From Malacoraja senta (Eukaryota): a DNA stretch of 63,812 nucleotides. Below the pieces are notes generated by a model. It made no database searches. It was not told where the DNA came from and saw nothing but the letters and a program-made list of their open reading frames with translations. How positions within the stretch are numbered: the stretch's first letter is position 1; every line of letters starts with the position of its first letter. The translations under genes were made by a program, and so were the position numbers. Below, in pieces: positions 58,833 to 63,812 of this stretch. The stretch is from positions 66,588,189 through 66,652,000 of the forward strand of contig CM075981.1 in the NCBI GenBank assembly GCA_038087875.1, given 5' to 3'.

Positions 58833-60037
58833 AAAGGCAATTAGGAAGAATTCCTGGCCTCTGATTAGAGCACGGATTTAACAAGAACAACTTTAAGGTT
58901 ACACCAGCAGAATTTAAACCCCACCCACTCTGCAGTTTCTCTGCTAACATCGTTTGAAGTTGGGAACCTGAAACACAATTACACTGCCCACACATAATGA
59001 ATGGACAGGATGGTACCACAGACTTGTTTAATTAGGTCTGACTGGAGGAGAGCTAAACTAGAGTTTAGAGAAAGGACGTTTTGCAGGGTTGTGACATCGA
59101 CAGTCAAAGTGAAAAGGATCTCACATACAGAATGGACAAAGAACAGTGCTTTTGTGTTTATATACCACCCTGCACAATCTCGATACCCTACAGCTTCCAA
59201 TATGCAAACCATGCATAGAAGCCAACTACATGACTTGGAACAACTTGAATGTCTGGAAAGATCATGGCCTTTTCTCCTTTGCAATTACCTCTCCTCTACC
59301 ACAAGTGGACTGGAACCTAAAATCTGTTCTCCGTACACTCCATAATGGTGGAGCAGATGTCAGCACCTGTTAACTATTTGGCCTCGTGTATGATGCGTTT
59401 CCCACCTTTTGTTTAGCTCATGCCCAGCAGCACCTTAGAGAGAGGGGAGGTGCTTTTTTCCCCCGGAATTGTGCTCTGCTTTGAGATGATAGATGGCGCC
59501 TTGTTTTGAGGCCTTGCGTGTACATCTGGTACTCTTTTTCATATGTAAATCTCACATGAAAGCCACTTCACATATTGGTAGTTAACTAGTCACTTCCGTA
59601 TACAGTTCACTCTAGTGCAGTTAATGTTATTCTGGCATCAGCTGCACTCTTGATGACGGACGGTACCAATGCAGAGGCCCCTCATCTCGACCTAACCAAG
59701 AAATTGTAGAGTGACCCATGTCCTTTGCTTTTAACTCAAGATAAGGCAACGTACAAGCCCGGCAGTAGATCAGCAAGTGTATGTGCCCGAGAGGGTCTCT
59801 ACAACAATGATGTGCGGTTGTTTCCGTCTGCCTGTTTGAGTTTTCAGTGCTCTGTTTCACTGCAGAGGTTCAGTGCGATACGAGAGGGACATTTGTCTGC
59901 ATGGTGAATGGGCTCGCCTCTCACCAGGGTGGGCCCATATGTCGCACTGGTAAGTGAGGGGCAGGAGGTGGTCACACAAACTGAAACCACGTCCTCCCCT
60001 TCCCTGAATCTTTGCTCACTTTTAGGCTCGCCTTTTA

Positions 60038-60178
60038 ATAGAGTCATAGAATTGTACAGCACCGAATTAGACCCCCTTCGGTCCACCCAATACACGCCGA
60101 CTGTATTGCATGTCTGTGCTAATCCCATTTGTCTGCATTAGGTCCATGTTTCTCTATTCCTTTCCTGTCCAGGTATAT
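60038..60178 (-). mobile_element. CR1 LINE 3' end fragment
   Basis: ATAGAGTCATAGA tail and CCCTTCGGTCCAC. Confidence 0.75.
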
Positions 60179-60569
60179 GGGCTCCCCGAGTTACAGAAGA
60201 CTGGGTTTATGGTAATCCGACTTTACGCATACTTTTTTCAAGACAGCAAATTCATTTACTGAAATGCAAACCTCTTCAGGAGTTTAGGTAGCACCTAGTT
60301 AATTCAGGACAAACCGTCTTTAAAAAAAAAAAAAAAACTATTTAGATGTAACTTTCCTGCAGTAATCAAACAGATTATCTTTAAAAACATAGCTGCCGTT
60401 TCTCAGTGGGAGGCCACAAGAGGAATTCTTTGGAAACTGAAAAGACAAATCTCTTTTATTGACACGAAAAATATTTTATCGAGCAACATAATATCCATTA
60501 ATACTATAAGGCCGTCAAAGCATTAGATGTTGGACATTATGATCCCGTACCATTGTAACTATACAGGAA

Positions 60570-61050
60570 GTCATAGTCAGAGTCATACAACCTGGAAACA
60601 GGCTCGGCCCAACCCATCCATGCCAACCAATATGCCCCATCTTAACTAGTCCCATTTGCCCGCATTTGACCAATATCCCTCTAAACATTTCCTATCCTAT
60701 AGCTACCCAAGTGACTTTTAAATGATGTTATAGTACCCGCCTCAACTACCTTCTCTGACAACTCGCTCCATAAACCCATCACCCTCTGAGTGAAAATATT
60801 GCCCCTCAAATTCGTATTACATCTTGCCCCTCTCATCTTAAGCATATGTCTTCTTATTTTTGAGTCCCCTACCCTCAGTAAAAGACTGCATTCACCCTAT
60901 CAATTCCCCTCATGATTTTACAGTTATAACATCACCCCTCAGCCTCCTGTGCTCCAAGGAATAAAATCATAGCCTGCCCAACCATTCTCGATAGCTCAGC
61001 CCCTCAAGTCCTGGCAACATTCTCATAAATCTTCTCTGCACTATTTCCAT
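60570..61050 (-). mobile_element. CR1 LINE 3' portion
   Basis: Collinear with 108-590. Confidence 0.88.
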
Positions 61051-62093
61051 GTTCATATTAATCGACCTTCACTGAAATTGCTTTCTTCTGACCTACGGAA
61101 AAATCAGTTAGCGGACATTTCTCAAGAATGAAACACTTAAGCAGGCTGCAGGCAGCCTGTATATGTTCAAACACAAGTAGTGGATTGGGACAATGCCAGG
61201 TTTGTACTTGAAGACCTAAAGATTGTGGAAGAGACCAAAAACCAAGGATGGGAAAAAGTTCTGCAGTCATTTTCAAGGGCACAGCTGGATTAGTAGATCC
61301 CAGAAACAAGAACCTAAACTTCAATTGGATGAAAGGAGAAACATTTACAAGGAATGAAAGGTTCAATAACCATGGACAATGAAGATGAACAGTAAGAACG
61401 AGAGAGGAGCAGGGGAAACAAAACAGTGACAGCTAACATGGAGCAAATTAAAATATTCTTTCCTTTTGAGTAATTCACCAAATTAAAGATCATTAGATGG
61501 TCTGTTCTCCTTTGAAGTGTGAGGCAGAGGCATGCAGCCAATTTCCCTGTAACTTAACAGAGAAATATTAAAGCACCAATGGGAATTGGAGAATAAATAT
61601 GCCTGTTCCCTACTGTCTTGTGCAATGCTGACTTCTTCACAGCTGGATCGAGGAAATAGGTTCAAAGATTACTGAGAAAAGCTTCTGGGTTTATTAATAA
61701 ATTAACCAGATTGAAAGCTGGAGTGTTTCTTAAAATAATTATATCCTTTGCGCTTCTTTAAAATGCTTGGATCCTGTTAGAGCAGGGTGGAAATTTTCTT
61801 CTGCAGAGTATTTTTAAGGCTGGAAATGCAAGTGGATATTGAAAAGGAAATACAAATTAAAAATGAATGAATGAAAGAAAGCTTTTTAAAAGTATCCTCA
61901 ATCAAATTTCTGTTTAGAAAGTTGAAATGGATTATGTTATTATATGGGGAATTGAGATGGGCAGAGTCAGACATTGAATCTGGTCTGTATTGTAGGGTCA
62001 AGGCTTGCATTGATAACATTTACATAGCTTATCTACCTGAGCCATGTAGAGACAAGACACTGCTTATGCTTGAATCTGGTGAAAGAAACAAAC

Positions 62094-62490
62094 TGTAGGA
62101 AGGGACTGCAGATGCTGGTTTAAACCAAAGATAGACACAAAAAGCTGGAGTAACTCAGCGGGACAGGCATCATCTCTGGAGAGAACGAATGGGTGACATT
62201 TCGGGTCGAGACCCTTCTTCAGACTGGTTAGGGATAAGGGAAACAAGAGATATAGATGGTGATGTAGAGAGATAAAGAAAAATAAATAAAGGAAATGCAA
62301 AACAGTAACGATGATAAAAGAACCAGGCCATTGTTAGCTGTTTGTAGGGTGAAAACGAGAAGCTGAGAACTCAGTAGGTCAGGCAGCATCTCTGGACAGT
62401 CAACATTTTGGGTCTGAATTTTTCATCTGGAGTCTTCCCTCCACAGATGTTGCCTGACTGCTATGTTCCCCCAGCAGTTTGTTTTTTGCT
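62094..62490 (-). mobile_element. Penelope 3' terminal fragment with hammerhead-like core, adjoining an older Penelope fold-back piece
   Basis: Minus strand 62195-62222 reads CTGAAGA-A-GGGT-CTCG-ACCC-GAAATGTC. Confidence 0.82.
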
Positions 62491-62949
62491 TATCTGTGTC
62501 AATATCAGAGGGTATAAGGCATCCATCATCTTCTAGTTAGCAGGTGCCTTCTACTAGGTTTCTATGACAACGATAATGCTCATTCTTCCTCCTCAAAGTT
62601 GATGGTGTGTATAAAGATTGGCTTATGGAGTTATGGTCCCATGGGACTCTGGTCAGTGGGAGGTTGTGAGTCAGAGGGCTGGCTGCTGTTGCGCAGTCTC
62701 CTAGGTTAGTCTGGTGTCCTCTATCATCTCTTAAATGAGACCTAGAATCCCACCTTTCTCCCATTAACCCATTTCCCAGCACCCCAACTATCCAAGTTGC
62801 CCATTCTGGAATTTAACACTTGATTTAGGTATGTACTATTTTCTAAGCCAGCAAATGCTTTATTCTTTCACAGATGAGAATGATGCTGGAAGGGCTGACA
62901 CTTATTGCTCATCCATTTACAGTATGTCCTTGAACTGACTGTAGAGAGT

Positions 62950-63170
62950 TCAAGTCAACCATGCTATTGGAGTCACATAGACACCAGACTAGGGCACGAC
63001 AGCAACTTTTCTCTCCTGAAGGACATTAATGAACCAGATGGCTTTCGCATCAGTCCAGTAATTGAAGGGTCACCATGACTGATGGCAACATTTTTACTGC
63101 AGATATATTTAATTGATGAGCTGAATGGAAATTCACTGACTCATGGGGATTTAGACATGTTTAGGCTGGA
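62950..63170 (-). mobile_element. Old SINE remnant (same family as 12320-12557)
   Basis: GTCAACCA..GGAGTCACAT..CCAGAC..AAGGACATTAATGAACCAGATGG. Confidence 0.55.
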
Positions 63171-63812
63171 CTATGACACCCTATCCTCAATCCACTTGAC
63201 CATTAATTCCTTGGCTAATGTCAGAATTATGACATTGTAGCACAGTCATGGCAGCTTGATATTTACAGGACTCGGAAGGCTTTCCACGGCTCTGTCTTCT
63301 CTGCCAATAAGCGTTGAACGCATAATCTAGGCCTGTACGTCAATGCGCTGGGAGGTTACCTGTCAGCGGCCACCCAACCGTTACAAATGGCAAAGAAACT
63401 CTTCACTGCTCCCTCGTCTATTTGTGCGATTTTATTGCTTAAAGATTGGCTGCTGTACTTACATTCAGAGTTACTGCAATCTCTTTGGATATATGCTCAT
63501 TGTTAAAAAATACATTGGAGGATTTAAGATTTCAGTGCTGCTCTAGAAACAATGCATGATGATGGAGAGAGACCGGCATAATCGGGCCTAATCAAAGCAG
63601 TTTCTAGTGGCAACAGATGCTCATGAGCCATGCTCATTATTCCCCTGTCCTCTTCCCTAAAGTCCTCCCAATGTCAAGTGAGTTGCCTAATTTGGTCAGA
63701 TTTATTCCAGTAAGTATAATCGCAAAAAAACATCCTCTTTCAATCTCCAGGCCCCAAAACAATGAGACAACCTCACTTGTTCACATCCCCAATATTTTAA
63801 AATTAACGAAGA

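Overview
Eukaryotic, repeat-dominated non-coding DNA. The repeat spectrum (HE1-type tRNA/V-domain SINEs with CR1/HER1 tails, many CR1 LINE 3' ends, Penelope-like elements, Rex1/Babar, Deu-domain SINE remnants) points to a cartilaginous fish, probably a skate or ray; this is inferred from family recall, not from a search. I recognise no host protein-coding exon. Recognisable coding remnants all belong to dead transposons: a Gypsy integrase plus 3' LTR (8.5-10.2 kb), a Tc1 transposase interrupted by an 8-bp-TSD DNA element (28.8-31.7 kb), Penelope RT/GIY-YIG (43.2-44.6 kb), and CR1, Rex1 and L1 ORF2 ends. There are two assembly gaps. The most unusual items are: (1) a 578-bp Gypsy-derived element with two INVERTED LTRs, each followed inward by a tRNA-Leu-type PBS and flanked by a perfect 5-bp TSD (58255-58832); (2) a near-full U1 snRNA copy fused head-to-tail to an HE1 SINE (47273-47723); (3) short Penelope-derived fold-back elements carrying minimal hammerhead-ribozyme cores, with 10-13-bp TSDs; (4) a CR1 insertion flanked by a ~117-bp direct duplication; (5) non-coding retroposons with Rex1-type 3' ends. 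Boundaries of old repeats are approximate; TSD/TIR coordinates were counted by hand.
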